In this document: piece after piece, positions 1 to 10,069 of the stretch
How the letters are laid out: every line of letters starts with the position of its first letter
Numbering within the stretch: position 1 is the first letter of the stretch
NCBI GenBank assembly: GCA_026415775.1
Contig: JAOAGL010000001.1
Location: 414,831 to 478,830, forward strand
DNA from: Patescibacteria group bacterium
Lineage (GTDB): Bacteria > Patescibacteriota > Minisyncoccia > UBA6257 > JAAZHW01
Direction: 5' to 3'
Length of the DNA: 64,000 nucleotides
Program-made: the position numbers and the translations under genes
The notes under the pieces: model-generated
Databases searched by the model: none
The model's input: only the letters and a program-made list of their open reading frames with translations
Told to the model about the DNA's origin: nothing

Positions 1-911
1 TGAATAGATAATAATTTTTCATAATTCTCTGGTTTTGTTTGATAAACCAAATACAAAATTTTTTTAAGATATCGGTTTTTCAAAAAATTTTCTTTCACGA
101 CTGGATGCCAGATAAATTCCTTATTTTCTAAATTCAAAAAAATACTTTGTTGTTTGCTCTCTTTAATTTTTAACATTTGGGAGTAATCTGAAAAATGCTT
201 ATCCAAAATTTGAATATCTCTTATTAATTCATAATAATTGCCTCGCACTAATTGAGTGCTTATTTCTCTCGTTTTTTCACTTTCTAAGGCAGTCAGGTTT
301 AATGTTGGTTGATTTAATAATTGGCTTGCAATGCCAGAATGAGGCTCTTTGACTAAATCAGAAATTTTTTTTGAATACCAATGATAACGACGAGCGCTTT
401 GATTTAAAGTGTTCATCCCCTGCTGAACAATTGTCCAACTGCCATTTTTAGAAAAAAATAAAGTATGGTGGTAAATTTGGAAACCATCTTGAATAAGAGC
501 GCTATCCACTTTAGCAGTCATTCGAGAATTATAAATCAATGAATTTACATAACCATCGGGCAAACTTAAAATTTCCCCCCATCTTTCAATTTCTTCTGGG
601 GTTTTACGAGAAGTTTTCCCCTTGCCACCACAAATAAAAATTCCTAATTCTCTTTCCCGACCTCTAATTGCTTCTTTAAGGGCGGCCGTTAAAACAGTAG
701 TTAAACCAGATGCGTTCCAATCAAAGGCCAACACTGTGCCCAATGATTGAAACCAAACAGGATCGGCAATACGCTTAATAAATTCATCTGGTCCAAACTC
801 TTCAATAATAACTTTTATAATTTCCCGACTAAGTTTTGTCATCCGTTCAAAAAGCCAACGAGGACATTTTCCATCATCTAAACCAAATGTAGCTATGCCA
901 CGGTAAATCAT
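1..911 (-). CDS. Conserved hypothetical protein, possibly DUF763-like; partial, ORF runs off the window start
   Basis: Minus-strand ORF starts at ATG 911 (MIYRGIATFGLDDGKCPRWLFERM...) and has no stop before position 1, as checked by hand translation. The N-terminal motif resembles DUF763-family proteins, from memory only. Confidence 0.35.
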   Translation of the reverse strand, partial: MIYRGIATFGLDDGKCPRWLFERMTKLSREIIKVIIEEFGPDEFIKRIADPVWFQSLGTVLAFDWNASGLTTVLTAALKEAIRGRERELGIFICGGKGKTSRKTPEEIERWGEILSLPDGYVNSLIYNSRMTAKVDSALIQDGFQIYHHTLFFSKNGSWTIVQQGMNTLNQSARRYHWYSKKISDLVKEPHSGIASQLLNQPTLNLTALESEKTREISTQLVRGNYYELIRDIQILDKHFSDYSQMLKIKESKQQSIFLNLENKEFIWHPVVKENFLKNRYLKKILYLVYQTKPENYEKLLSI

Positions 912-982
912 ATTTAAATTGTATCATTTCTGCAATAAAAAATAAATTGATTTTTAAAGAAAAAGGTGTAAAATAACATTGA

Positions 983-1059
983 GGGCGGTTAGCTCAGTTG
1001 GTTAGAGCGTACGGTTCACATCCGTAAGGTCAGAGGTTCGAATCCTCTACCGCCCACCC
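983..1059 (+). tRNA. tRNA-Val (anticodon CAC)
   Basis: Cloverleaf readable: acceptor GGGCGGT/ACCGCCC, D-arm GCTCAGTTGGTTAGAGC, anticodon stem TACGG/CCGTA with loop TTCACAT, T-arm AGAGGTTCGAATCCTCT. Confidence 0.85.
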
Positions 1060-1067
1060 AAACAAAA

Positions 1068-1100
1068 AAGCACCGCTTATTTAAGCGGTGCTTTTTTGTT
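1068..1100. terminator. Bidirectional rho-independent terminator (tRNA-Val on plus, rplL on minus)
   Basis: 11-bp perfect stem aagcaccgctt/aagcggtgctt with a 4-nt loop. It is flanked by an A-run upstream and a T-run downstream. Confidence 0.7.
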
Positions 1101-1112
1101 TGAAGTAACTTT

Positions 1113-1508
1113 CTACTTAATTTCAACAATTGCACCGGCTTCTTCGAGTTGTTTTTTAATTTGTTCAGCCTCTTCTTTCTTTACTCCTTGTTTTACTGGT
1201 TTTGGAGCGCCATCAACTAAATCTTTTGCCTCTTTTAATCCTAAACCAGTGATATCTTTTACAACTTTTATCACTTGTACTTTGGCATCGCCGGCGTTTG
1301 TCAAAACAACATCAAAAGTAGTTTTTTCTTCGCCAGCAGCACCAGCAGCGCCAGATCCAGCATTACCGCCAGCAACTGCCATAATTTGCGGTGCGGCTGA
1401 AACACCAAATTTTTCTTCTAATGCTTTTACTAATTGAGACAATTCTAAAACATTTAATTTTTCAATTTCCTCAATAATATCTTGTAGTTTTTTATCCACT
1501 TCGCTCAT
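1113..1508 (-). CDS. rplL: 50S ribosomal protein L7/L12
   Basis: [36 protein letters not shown]... with an Ala/Gly hinge and C-terminal [31 protein letters not shown]. This is the canonical L7/L12. Confidence 0.95.
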   Translation of the reverse strand: MSEVDKKLQDIIEEIEKLNVLELSQLVKALEEKFGVSAAPQIMAVAGGNAGSGAAGAAGEEKTTFDVVLTNAGDAKVQVIKVVKDITGLGLKEAKDLVDGAPKPVKQGVKKEEAEQIKKQLEEAGAIVEIK

Positions 1509-1511
1509 ATA

Positions 1512-2036
1512 TTATTTTTGTTTTTTAGCAATTGCGTCTAAGGCAATTGCTAATTTTTGAATATTACCATTAAGAACTCCGACCAAAGTTCTTGGTAAAG
1601 AATTTAAAGTATAGACTAATTGTGAAAGAAGGATTTCCTTCGAAGGTAATTTGGCTAATTCAACAATTCTTTCAGTGCTAAAAAAGTTTTTATTAATAAA
1701 TCCTCCTAAAATTTTTAATTTGGGTTCTTTCTTGCCACTACTAAATTTGTAAGTTATTTTTGAAGCTTCAAGTCCCTCTTCTGGACTAAAAATTAAACCA
1801 ACCGATCCCGGAAACGAAAAAACATTAAAATTAATATCCGAATGTGATAACATTTTTTGAACTAATGTCTTTTTAGTAATTTTTAATTCAATCCCCTGCT
1901 TCCTTAATTCATTTCTTAAATTTTCCAAATCCGCCACCTTAAGACCAGTAAAATCAACCATTAATACCGCTGGGTTTTTCTCGATTTTTTCTTTTAGCTC
2001 TTCAATGATTTTGGCTTTTTGTTGTTTTGTTAGCAT
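1512..2036 (-). CDS. rplJ: 50S ribosomal protein L10
   Basis: Lies immediately upstream of rplL. The N-terminus MLTKQQKAKIIEELKEKIEKNPAVLMVDFTGLKVADLENLRNELRKQGIELKITKKTL is typical of L10. Confidence 0.9.
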   Translation of the reverse strand: MLTKQQKAKIIEELKEKIEKNPAVLMVDFTGLKVADLENLRNELRKQGIELKITKKTLVQKMLSHSDINFNVFSFPGSVGLIFSPEEGLEASKITYKFSSGKKEPKLKILGGFINKNFFSTERIVELAKLPSKEILLSQLVYTLNSLPRTLVGVLNGNIQKLAIALDAIAKKQK

Positions 2037-2160
2037 AATTAAAAATAAAAAACGACTTTTATCGAAAAGCCGCAGAAAATAAAATCTTTCTCCTTTTTGC
2101 CTCAGCAGGACTTACGCTTCTTTTTGCTCGCTGCCTACTTTCTGCGGCTAATTCTAGTTT
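2037..2160 (-). promoter_or_regulatory. Candidate rplJ (L10) leader autoregulatory RNA structure, with a possible promoter near 2160-2195
   Basis: The 5' UTR of rplJ has a long-range helix GCCGCAGAAA...UUUCUGCGGC enclosing GC-rich sub-helices, in a context that is otherwise over 75% AT. The minus strand carries TTGACA-N16-TAAACT upstream. Confidence 0.35.
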
Positions 2161-2186
2161 ACTGATTTAAACTTTTATGTCAAGAT

Positions 2187-2693
2187 TTGATAATGATAAA
2201 TTTTTTGTTTAAAATAACAAACAATATGCATTTGCAAAAATTAACAAAAGAACAAAAACAAAAAAGATTAGTTTATTTTGCTTTCAAACAATTAGGCAAG
2301 CCTTATAAGTATGCCGCCAAAAAATATGAAATCGGAAAGTTTTTTGATTGCTCTAGTTTAACTCAATACCTTTATAAACGCATTGGCATCAATATTCCTC
2401 GTTCTACCATCCTCCAAGCCGAAATCGGCAAAATTATTCCCCACAGAGAAAAACCTCCTTTTTTTAAACCCCAGGATTTACAAATTGGCGATCTTCTATT
2501 CTTTAAAGGCACAAAGGGTCATTACAATAAAAAATTTCCTAATGGTATTGGACATGTAACGATGTATCTGGGAAATAAAAAATTTATCCATGCGAGTGGG
2601 CATGGTTCAACAAAAAATCAAAAAGTAAAATTAGAAAAATTCGAAAAAATCGTTAATCGAAGGGATTTTCAAGTAGCCAAAAGAATTATTTAA
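2187..2693 (+). CDS. NlpC/P60 (C40) family peptidoglycan hydrolase; alternative start at 2226
   Basis: Catalytic Cys motif FDCSSLTQYLY, plus GDLLFF and the His region GHVTMYLGNKKFIHASGHG. Confidence 0.75.
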   Translation: MIMINFLFKITNNMHLQKLTKEQKQKRLVYFAFKQLGKPYKYAAKKYEIGKFFDCSSLTQYLYKRIGINIPRSTILQAEIGKIIPHREKPPFFKPQDLQIGDLLFFKGTKGHYNKKFPNGIGHVTMYLGNKKFIHASGHGSTKNQKVKLEKFEKIVNRRDFQVAKRII

Positions 2694-2783
2694 AAAAACA
2701 GTGGCGCGCTCCACAACACCAGCGACAAAATAAACAAAATGATTAAAATAATTTGAATAATTTTTTTCCTCCTCATAATCATA

Positions 2784-3971
2784 TTATAGTTCTTCCTGAA
2801 GGCGCTTAATTAATTGATGATTTTTTAATTTTTCTAATGCTTTGGCTTCAATTTGACGAATACGTTCACGTGTCACATTAAATTCCTTTCCTACTTCCTC
2901 CAAGGTATGGACAACCCCATCTTCTAAACCGAAACGCATGGAAAGAATTTTTTGTTCGCGTGGTGTTAAATCAACTAAAATTTCCTTTAGTTGATCTTTG
3001 ATTAAACGATGTGTTGCGGATTGATCAGGAGATAAAGTTTTTTCATCTGCAATAAATTCCCCAAGCAGAGATTCTTCATCAGAATCACCAATTGGCGTTT
3101 CTAATGAAACGGTATCTTGAGCAATTTTTATAAGGTGATGAATTTTATCAACATCGACACCCATTTCTGCAGCAATCTCCTCTGGTAACGGATCACGTCC
3201 CAAATCTTGAGCCAAACGTCGACGAGCTTGGGAATATTTTGACAACGTTTCAATCATATGAACTGGGATTCTAATAATGCGCGTCTGATCAGCCAAAGCT
3301 CTTGTAATTGCCTGCCTAATCCACCACGTTGCATAAGTTGAAAATTTAAAACCTTTACGATAATCAAATTTTTCAACAGCTCTAGCCAAACCTATATTAC
3401 CCTCCTGAATTAAATCCAATAGGGTTAGATTGTGGCTTCGATTAATATATTTTTTAGCAATTGCCACAACTAAACGTAAGTTGCTTTGAATTAATTGTTT
3501 TTTTGCTTCTTTGTCGCCATCCATTGCTCTTTTTGCTAATTCTCTTTCTTGAGCAGGCGTTAATAACGGAACCTTTCCTATCTCCCTTAAATAATTCTGA
3601 ACAGCATCAGACATTTCAAACTCGAATGAATCATCTTTTAATGAACGCTTTAAATCATGAACTGTCACCTTCTCTTCCGGCAATTCAATCATATCTTTTG
3701 CTTCAATTACTTCAATGTTGGATTTTTCACAAGCATCATAAATTTCTTCCAGCAACGAAATGTCCTCTTCTATTTGAGGAAACACGGCTAAAATCTCTGT
3801 TTCAGTAATAAATCCGCGCGTTTTTCCTTTTTGAATAAGAGCCTTTAATTTTTCATCTTTTATAGAATCTCTTTTGAGAATTTTCTCTTTAGTTTTTCTC
3901 TCTTTCTTCTCTTTTTTGCTTTTCTTGATTTTTTTGTTGTTTTTCTTGGTTTTTTTATTTTTTGGAGACAT
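2784..3971 (-). CDS. rpoD: RNA polymerase sigma-70 factor RpoD, with a Lys-rich N-terminal tail
   Basis: Regions 1.2 to 4 are recognisable: [62 protein letters not shown], and a C-terminal [26 protein letters not shown]. Confidence 0.95.
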   Translation of the reverse strand: MSPKNKKTKKNNKKIKKSKKEKKERKTKEKILKRDSIKDEKLKALIQKGKTRGFITETEILAVFPQIEEDISLLEEIYDACEKSNIEVIEAKDMIELPEEKVTVHDLKRSLKDDSFEFEMSDAVQNYLREIGKVPLLTPAQERELAKRAMDGDKEAKKQLIQSNLRLVVAIAKKYINRSHNLTLLDLIQEGNIGLARAVEKFDYRKGFKFSTYATWWIRQAITRALADQTRIIRIPVHMIETLSKYSQARRRLAQDLGRDPLPEEIAAEMGVDVDKIHHLIKIAQDTVSLETPIGDSDEESLLGEFIADEKTLSPDQSATHRLIKDQLKEILVDLTPREQKILSMRFGLEDGVVHTLEEVGKEFNVTRERIRQIEAKALEKLKNHQLIKRLQEEL

Positions 3972-3973
3972 AT

Positions 3974-5710
3974 TTAAAAATTAACTTCTTTTAATAATTG
4001 ATTGAGCTCTTGCAAATAACGACTAATTTCTTCAATATTATTATTTAACTCGGCAGTTTTCAATTGTCTAGTCTTCTCTTCGATTAGTTGCTTATGGTGT
4101 TCTTTTTTTAATTCTAAAACTATTTTTTCAAATTCCAAATTCCAATCAATTTCCTCATCGGAAAATTCATAATCGGCTAATAATTGGAGGTATCCGATTT
4201 TTTCCCATGATTCATTCTCAACCTCTTTTTTATTATTTAAATAATCTATTATTAAACTTGCTAATTTCTGTTGTTCTTCATTTAAAAAATCGCTTATTTC
4301 TTTTAATCTTTCCTGGATAATTTGAACTTTTAAAGCAAGCGCTAAAACTCTTTCGCTTAATAATTCTTTGCGTGTTTTTAAAAAATCTGCACCAGTAAGC
4401 AATATTTTTTCTTCTCTTCTTTCAACTGTTTTCATATCTAAATTTTTTTTAATTTTTTCCAATAATTCCTGCAAAAATTCTTCTTTAATTTGAAAATCTT
4501 CGGCAATTCTCCTTAACCACTCCGCCCGCTCAACCGGATTATCAATATAAGCTAATTTTGACAACAAAAATTCAATTGCCTGCTTTTTTTCTAATAAATT
4601 ATTCGGGTTGTATTTTGAAAGGGCTTTTTGATAATAATATTCGCCAGCATCACTAGCTTTATGGATTACTTCTTCTAATTTTTCAGGATAGTTTGAGGCG
4701 TATTCGGCAATGTCTTTGGCTTCGGGCAAAGAAACAATTTTAACTTGAAAATCAAAAAATTTTGCTAAATCAATTGCTCTTTCTGCCGCCAATCTTCCTG
4801 CCTCATCCATATCATAACCAATAACCAAATTTTTCGTTATCCTTTTCAAAATCCTTAATTGGTCTTCGGTCAAGGCTGTTCCTGAAGTGGCAACAACATT
4901 TTTAATGCCACTCTGCCAAGCCATTAGAAAATCCATTTGACCCTCAACTAATAAAACCCAATTTTTTTCTCTGATATCTTTTTTGGTTTTAGAAAATCCG
5001 TATAAAATTTGGCTTTTATTAAAAATGGGACTTTCGGGAGAATTCAAATATTTTGGTTCATTAATCGATTCACCAAAGATTCTGCCGGTAAAAGCAACGA
5101 TGCGATCCTGATGATTAAAAATTGGAAAGATAATTCGATTGCGAAAACGATCAAAATAGCTATCATTTTGCTTTTGTGATTTTATAACTAAACCCGAATC
5201 AACAATATCTTCAATTTTAAATTTATTACTCAATAAGAACCTCAGAAGAGCGTCTCTCTGATTTGGAGCAAATCCCAATTGCCAATAAGAAATCGTTTCT
5301 TTTTTAAGCCCCCTTTTCAATAAATAATCCTGAACGGCTTTATTTTTTTTCAACTCTTCCTCAAAAAATTCTGTAGCTTTTTCATAAATATCGTATAATT
5401 TTGAAATCTGATTAGCAATCAAAGGGTCTTCTTTTTTTAATTCGATTCCCGCCTTCTTCGCTAAAATTTTTAAAGCATCTGCAAAATCAAGGTTTTCGTA
5501 CTGCATTACAAATTTAAAAATGTCACCCCCTCTATGGCAACCAAAACAATGCCAAATTTGTCTTTCCGGCGAAACCATAAAAGAAGGAGTTTTTTCTTTA
5601 TGAAATGGGCAAAGAGCTTTAAAATTAGAACCAGCTTTTGTTAATTTTATATATTCTCCTATCAATTCAACAATATCTAATTTTTCTTTAATTTGATCAA
5701 TAATTCCCAT
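3974..5710 (-). CDS. dnaG: DNA primase DnaG
   Basis: CHC2 zinc finger [13 protein letters not shown]...[11 protein letters not shown] and a Toprim region [15 protein letters not shown]...[14 protein letters not shown]. The gene order dnaG-rpoD is conserved. Confidence 0.9.
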   Translation of the reverse strand: MGIIDQIKEKLDIVELIGEYIKLTKAGSNFKALCPFHKEKTPSFMVSPERQIWHCFGCHRGGDIFKFVMQYENLDFADALKILAKKAGIELKKEDPLIANQISKLYDIYEKATEFFEEELKKNKAVQDYLLKRGLKKETISYWQLGFAPNQRDALLRFLLSNKFKIEDIVDSGLVIKSQKQNDSYFDRFRNRIIFPIFNHQDRIVAFTGRIFGESINEPKYLNSPESPIFNKSQILYGFSKTKKDIREKNWVLLVEGQMDFLMAWQSGIKNVVATSGTALTEDQLRILKRITKNLVIGYDMDEAGRLAAERAIDLAKFFDFQVKIVSLPEAKDIAEYASNYPEKLEEVIHKASDAGEYYYQKALSKYNPNNLLEKKQAIEFLLSKLAYIDNPVERAEWLRRIAEDFQIKEEFLQELLEKIKKNLDMKTVERREEKILLTGADFLKTRKELLSERVLALALKVQIIQERLKEISDFLNEEQQKLASLIIDYLNNKKEVENESWEKIGYLQLLADYEFSDEEIDWNLEFEKIVLELKKEHHKQLIEEKTRQLKTAELNNNIEEISRYLQELNQLLKEVNF

Positions 5711-5761
5711 AAATTTAAGAAATTATTATAACGCTAATCGAATTTTTTTTCAAATAATTAA

Positions 5762-5790
5762 TAGTGCCGCCTTTAATAAAGGCGGCACTA
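5762..5790. terminator. Hairpin terminator downstream of ORF 5821-7335
   Basis: Perfect stem tagtgccgcc/ggcggcacta with an AT-rich loop, in a U-rich context. Confidence 0.4.
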
Positions 5791-5820
5791 TACTATATTT
5801 ATATTATTTTAGCCTAAAAT

Positions 5821-7335
5821 TTAGAATTCGGTTGATAGTTTTTCTTTCAATTGTTTTAGTATTTGTTCATCATCTTCTTTTATCTCTTTTGATGCATCAG
5901 TAATTATAGAATTATCTTTGTTTGTTGAAATATCCTGATAATTAATAGTTGCTGGCGGTAAATTGATAATTGTTGGGTTGCTTTGATTATTTGCTGGTAT
6001 GTTTGTATTTGCCATTCCTTCAGTTTGTGCAGTTGTTCGGTACTTCTCTAATAATTTTTTACCAATATAAACCCAGAACAACCATAATAGTAAGAGTAGA
6101 TTAAATAACAATGATAGGAAGTACCAGGAAAAATTAAAATGTCTAATTTTATCCCATAAAGCGGCTAAAGCAAAAAATTTGGTTAAATCTTTCTGCGCAT
6201 CACCGCATATTGAATCATACCAGGAAATAAATGTCGGGGTTGGTTTAGCAACAGTTATTGCTCCTAGAACCTGTTTTACAGGAAGACCCATGATACCAAA
6301 ATATCCAAAATCACTAGTGAAAATAGAAAGATTGTTGTTATTAGTATAACGAATGGTATTTCTTAAATTCCAATTGGTTGGCAAATATTTTGCTTGGACA
6401 ATAGTTAAAGAGTTTTCGTTAATGCCAGAGATTTTACTATCAAAATAATTTATTTGTAAAACAGCTAAATTTTCTAATTCAACTGATTTACAATCTTCAT
6501 TTTCAACGGCAATATGAATTATTTTGTCACCAATAAATTGATAGCTACCAATTTTTAAATTAGGATTAATTATTTTTTGCCAATCGAAAATCGCTATATT
6601 TACTCGAATATCTTCATAATAAGAGCCGGAAATAACGGATAATCTTACATTAAAACCGTCGCTGGTTGAAACCATACACAATCCGCCAGTTTTACCATTA
6701 ATCCAGCAAGTTTTTTCAATAAGAGCGGTTGGAAAATGAGTAAATTGACAAGTTGAAGTGCCTAACACCGTTGGTGTAGGCGTTAACCATTCCCAATAAC
6801 CTGGGCCACCACCCGAAGAACCTGTTGAAGTTGGTGTAGGAGTGGGAGTGGGAGTTGAAGTTGGAGTAGGAGTTGGGGTTGGGGTTACGCCGCCTGAAAC
6901 AACTTCTAAATTAGCTTCACCATAAGCTACTTTTATCCAATCATCGCCACAGATAGTTAAATCTTTAATATATACTTCAACTTTAATATTTTTAGTCCCA
7001 GTGCGTGTAAATGTTGTTGTCCATTCGCCTCTTAATTTATTACTATTAATAGAACTCACATCTCCTGACCAACGCCATTCACAAGATGCAGTGGAAGAAT
7101 TACATTCAGGAATGGCATCAGTTTTAATAGTAACTGTTTGATTAACTAAGGCTGGATTGGGAGAGATATAGACATTGGTGATATGTAGTAAAGGATAAGG
7201 ATTAACACATGCCAAAAAATAGCGCGTTTTTAAAGCACTTTGCAAATTCTCCTTAGAAATCGTTAAAACAATCAGAATAAGCGTTAAACCAGCTATAATA
7301 AAAAGAATTTTTGAGATATTTGCAATGTTTTTCAT
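5821..7335 (-). CDS. Membrane-anchored secreted protein with a Pro-Thr linker, hypothetical
   Basis: N-terminal TM/signal (ILFIIAGLTLILIVLTI), a [18 protein letters not shown] linker, and a C-terminal TM (LSLLFNLLLLLWLFWVYIG). No catalytic motif was recognised. Confidence 0.5.
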   Translation of the reverse strand: MKNIANISKILFIIAGLTLILIVLTISKENLQSALKTRYFLACVNPYPLLHITNVYISPNPALVNQTVTIKTDAIPECNSSTASCEWRWSGDVSSINSNKLRGEWTTTFTRTGTKNIKVEVYIKDLTICGDDWIKVAYGEANLEVVSGGVTPTPTPTPTSTPTPTPTPTSTGSSGGGPGYWEWLTPTPTVLGTSTCQFTHFPTALIEKTCWINGKTGGLCMVSTSDGFNVRLSVISGSYYEDIRVNIAIFDWQKIINPNLKIGSYQFIGDKIIHIAVENEDCKSVELENLAVLQINYFDSKISGINENSLTIVQAKYLPTNWNLRNTIRYTNNNNLSIFTSDFGYFGIMGLPVKQVLGAITVAKPTPTFISWYDSICGDAQKDLTKFFALAALWDKIRHFNFSWYFLSLLFNLLLLLWLFWVYIGKKLLEKYRTTAQTEGMANTNIPANNQSNPTIINLPPATINYQDISTNKDNSIITDASKEIKEDDEQILKQLKEKLSTEF

Positions 7336-7463
7336 AGTATTTATCTGGATTTAAATTGCCTCTAAATTATATCTATTTTAATTTTTTTGTCAAGAACGCC
7401 TTAAAAATTCCCCACCCAACAAAAAAAGAGGATGTAAACAAAATATATCCCTAATGGTTTTTA

Positions 7464-8462
7464 TTAATTTTCCTTTTTTATCGCCAAATCCAAAATTTTA
7501 AGAATTAATTGTTCATAATCTATTCCGGCAATTTTGGCCTCTCGCGCCAATCCCCCATCTTCTGAAATATCTGGGTTAGGATTAACTTCCAATACATATA
7601 TTTTATTCTCTTTTTCATCATAGCGGATATCTAATCGCGCATAACCACTACAACCAAAAATTTTATAGCATTTTTTGGCAATTTCTTCTAACTGATTTTT
7701 TAATTCATCGTTTATTTGAGCAGGACAAATAACTGGTGTCTTTTTAAAAGCGATACTTTGTTTAACCCATTTGGCTTTATAGCTAACTACTCGTGGGATA
7801 TTTGTTGGCAATTCACTAAAATCTATCTCGGCAATTGGCAAAACAGTCAATTTTTTATTACCAATAATTCCTACATTAAATTCCCGCCCGTCAATGAATT
7901 CTTCAACCAGCGCCTCTTGTTGGTAAACATCTAAAATATGTTCCACTTGTTCTTTTAACTCTTCTTCATTTTTAACTACTGAACGCTCTTTAATTCCAAC
8001 ACTTCCATCTTCTCTAATTGGTTTAACAATCAAAGGAAATTTTAGGTTGGGATTTAATTTGCGATTACTACTTGAAAACACTTGCCATTTGGGAGTTAAA
8101 ATACCATGGTAAGTTAAAATTTCTTTGGTTCTAGCTTTATTTTGACATAAAGCCAATGTGAAATAATTATTACCAGTATATGGAATTTTCAGAATATCAA
8201 AAATCGCCGCAACATGGGGTTCTAATCGCGGATCATCATAAAAACCGTCATCGGCCAAATTAAAAATTACATCTGGTTTTTCGCTTTTTAATTTTTCAAA
8301 TAAATCAACATCAACTTCTAATACTCTAACTTCGTGGCTATTCTGTAATAAAACTTTTTTGATGGCAAACGCGTCTGACAAATTGGCACGCCCATAAATA
8401 TCAACCTGATTTTCATTATCATTAAAATTTTTAACATTTCTTGCAACAATAACAATTTTCAT
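7464..8462 (-). CDS. ddl: D-alanine--D-alanine ligase family ATP-grasp enzyme (paralog 1)
   Basis: PLIVKPIREDGSVGI, EFNVGIIGNKK, and VLEVNPNPDIS...LAREAKIAGIDYEQLILKILDLA. These align with the Ddl motifs PVIVKPSREGSSVG, EFTVAILG and LLEANTSPGMT. Confidence 0.75.
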   Translation of the reverse strand: MKIVIVARNVKNFNDNENQVDIYGRANLSDAFAIKKVLLQNSHEVRVLEVDVDLFEKLKSEKPDVIFNLADDGFYDDPRLEPHVAAIFDILKIPYTGNNYFTLALCQNKARTKEILTYHGILTPKWQVFSSSNRKLNPNLKFPLIVKPIREDGSVGIKERSVVKNEEELKEQVEHILDVYQQEALVEEFIDGREFNVGIIGNKKLTVLPIAEIDFSELPTNIPRVVSYKAKWVKQSIAFKKTPVICPAQINDELKNQLEEIAKKCYKIFGCSGYARLDIRYDEKENKIYVLEVNPNPDISEDGGLAREAKIAGIDYEQLILKILDLAIKKEN

Positions 8463-8466
8463 AAGC

Positions 8467-9093
8467 TTATTTCAAACTTTTATAATACATTACTATTATA
8501 GCATGAATTTTTTGATACAATGTAAATTTTTTTGGCAATAAATTCATAAAAAAGTTCTGAATGTTAGCATAAGAATTTTTTTTGATTGGTAATTTAAACT
8601 CCTTCACCCATCTTTTTGTATAAGCATCAACAACAAAAATCGGCTTATGGAAAGCATATAATAAAATTGAATCCGCCGTCTCTGGTCCAACGCCTTTAAT
8701 TTTTAATAATGCCTTGCGTAAATCTTTTAATTTTTTCTTTTCTAAATTTTTAATACCGCCGTTTTTAATAAAAAATTTACAAATGTTTTTAAGGTATCTG
8801 GTTTTGGTTTTATAAAATCCTGCTGGTCTAATAAGTTTTTCTATTTGATTTGAGGGTGTAAAATAAATCGCTCTTAAATTGTCTTTATTGACCTCTTCCA
8901 AATTAGCCATTGCCTTTTCTACATTATTCCAATTTGTCTGCTGAGTTAAAATTGCCTCGATAATTACTTTTTCTCTTTCTTTTATAGATTTGTTCTTTTT
9001 GCACCAAAAAGCCCATTGGGAATTAACAATAGGATATTTTTTAGAAAATTTTTTATAAAAAACTAATATTTGTTTTTGCCAATCAATAAACAT
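8467..9093 (-). CDS. HhH-GPD superfamily DNA glycosylase (endonuclease III-like, no Fe-S cysteines)
   Basis: Helix-hairpin-helix GPD motif LLKIKGVGPETADSILLYAFHKPIFVVDAYTKR. It lacks the C-terminal Cys cluster. Confidence 0.6.
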   Translation of the reverse strand: MFIDWQKQILVFYKKFSKKYPIVNSQWAFWCKKNKSIKEREKVIIEAILTQQTNWNNVEKAMANLEEVNKDNLRAIYFTPSNQIEKLIRPAGFYKTKTRYLKNICKFFIKNGGIKNLEKKKLKDLRKALLKIKGVGPETADSILLYAFHKPIFVVDAYTKRWVKEFKLPIKKNSYANIQNFFMNLLPKKFTLYQKIHAIIVMYYKSLK

Positions 9094-9099
9094 GAGAAA

Positions 9100-9231
9100 T
9101 TACTTTCTCTTGTTTCGTAAGTTCGATTTGTGTACTTCGCTTTTTAAACGAGATGGTCTTAGTACAGGTAAATTCTTTTTGATAATTTTTTCCTTTGCAA
9201 CTTTTAAATAATTTTTGCTTTTTTTACTCAT
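9100..9231 (-). CDS. Small, very basic 43-aa protein (possible ribosomal or nucleic-acid-binding protein); trimmed to internal Met to avoid overlap
   Basis: MSKKSKNYLKVAKEKIIKKNLPVLRPSRLKSEVHKSNLRNKRK. The longer 61-aa ORF overlaps the upstream gene by 50 nt. Confidence 0.3.
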   Translation of the reverse strand: MSKKSKNYLKVAKEKIIKKNLPVLRPSRLKSEVHKSNLRNKRK

Positions 9232-9235
9232 ATAT

Positions 9236-10054
9236 TTATGGTTGTAAAATGTCTTCTGTTCGACCATTAATAGAAATAATAACATTCTTAATGCTTTCGA
9301 ATTGCTTTAACGTTTCCGATATTTGCGCTCTTATGGCCGCTACCCGACAAGAACCGCCAACTTGAAATTCTAATTGTTCGTTAAAATCAACAAAGGCCGT
9401 ACCATCTTTTATATTTATCGATTGAATTTTTATATCCTTATTTAAACTAGTAAAAAATCCTTGCTTCTTTTCTGTTTCGGTCGGCCCTTTTAATAATTCT
9501 TCTAACGCCGCTTTTGCTACCGCCTGGGTTTTTATAATTCTTCTTTCAACTGGAAAAACCTTATTACAAGAAAATTCAGGGTCTAAATTGCTATTATTAA
9601 AATAGATTCTAACTATCATTGTCTCCGGAATTTTAAAATTTAAAGGAATTAAATGATATACATCCTTTTCTGGTAAGCCCGAGGGGTTGTCATTTTTTAA
9701 AAGCAAATATCCCCTTTCCGTTTCAGGAATAAAATTTATCTCTACTTCTTTATAAAATGGAACGAATTCTTCTGTCATCCAATCTCCTTTGGCTTCGATA
9801 AAACCAGAAGTCAAAGTGGCAAAATTTGAAGATAAAATATAAAATGGCGCTGTCGCTTCAAAAAACCATTTACCTCTCGCCTCCCCCTCAATAATTAATT
9901 TATCTGCGATAAAATCATTGGCCTGAGGACGAAAGACATGAATTAAATCATCGGTTTTTGATTTTTCTTCATCATTTTTTTTCCAGCCTAAAAAATACAA
10001 CCCCACCAATAATATAATTGCTATTACTAAAATAAAAATTATTTTTTTATTCAT
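9236..10054 (-). CDS. GerMN domain-containing membrane-anchored protein
   Basis: N-terminal TM, then a C-terminal GerMN-like segment AVAKAALEELLKGPTETEKKQGFFTSL...DGTAFVDFNEQ...GGSCRVAAIRAQISETL...VIISINGR. Confidence 0.55.
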   Translation of the reverse strand: MNKKIIFILVIAIILLVGLYFLGWKKNDEEKSKTDDLIHVFRPQANDFIADKLIIEGEARGKWFFEATAPFYILSSNFATLTSGFIEAKGDWMTEEFVPFYKEVEINFIPETERGYLLLKNDNPSGLPEKDVYHLIPLNFKIPETMIVRIYFNNSNLDPEFSCNKVFPVERRIIKTQAVAKAALEELLKGPTETEKKQGFFTSLNKDIKIQSINIKDGTAFVDFNEQLEFQVGGSCRVAAIRAQISETLKQFESIKNVIISINGRTEDILQP

Positions 10055-10069
10055 ATAATTACATTATAG

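Noticed and set aside
1096-1437. Plus-strand 113-aa ORF (and similar plus-strand ORFs at 3461-3808, 11887-12300, 15113-15433, 18780-19037, 22098-22301, 47251-47733, 49122-49566, 52283-52696, 59362-59703, 60902-61291)
   Set aside because: All lie antisense within well-supported minus-strand genes (rplL, rpoD, ATPases, GHKL, gyrB, dnaK and others) and have low-complexity translations. They are spurious antisense ORFs.
2700-2780. GC-rich stretch gtggcgcgctccac between the NlpC/P60 and rpoD genes as a terminator
   Set aside because: Only a 4-bp stem is possible, which is too weak to call, although a T-run follows on the minus strand.
6830-6900. Short tandem DNA repeats (ggagttgg / ccaactcc units, also at 12110-12240 and 41640-41780) that look like micro-satellites or CRISPR-like periodicity
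   Set aside because: They are in-frame codon repeats encoding Pro-Thr linkers of secreted proteins. There are no unique spacers of regular length and no cas genes, so they are not CRISPR or independent repeat elements.
9100-9285. Full 61-aa version of the small basic ORF
   Set aside because: It overlaps the 3' end of the GerMN gene by 50 nt. The internal Met (9231) gives a non-overlapping 43-aa product, though the whole ORF could still be spurious.
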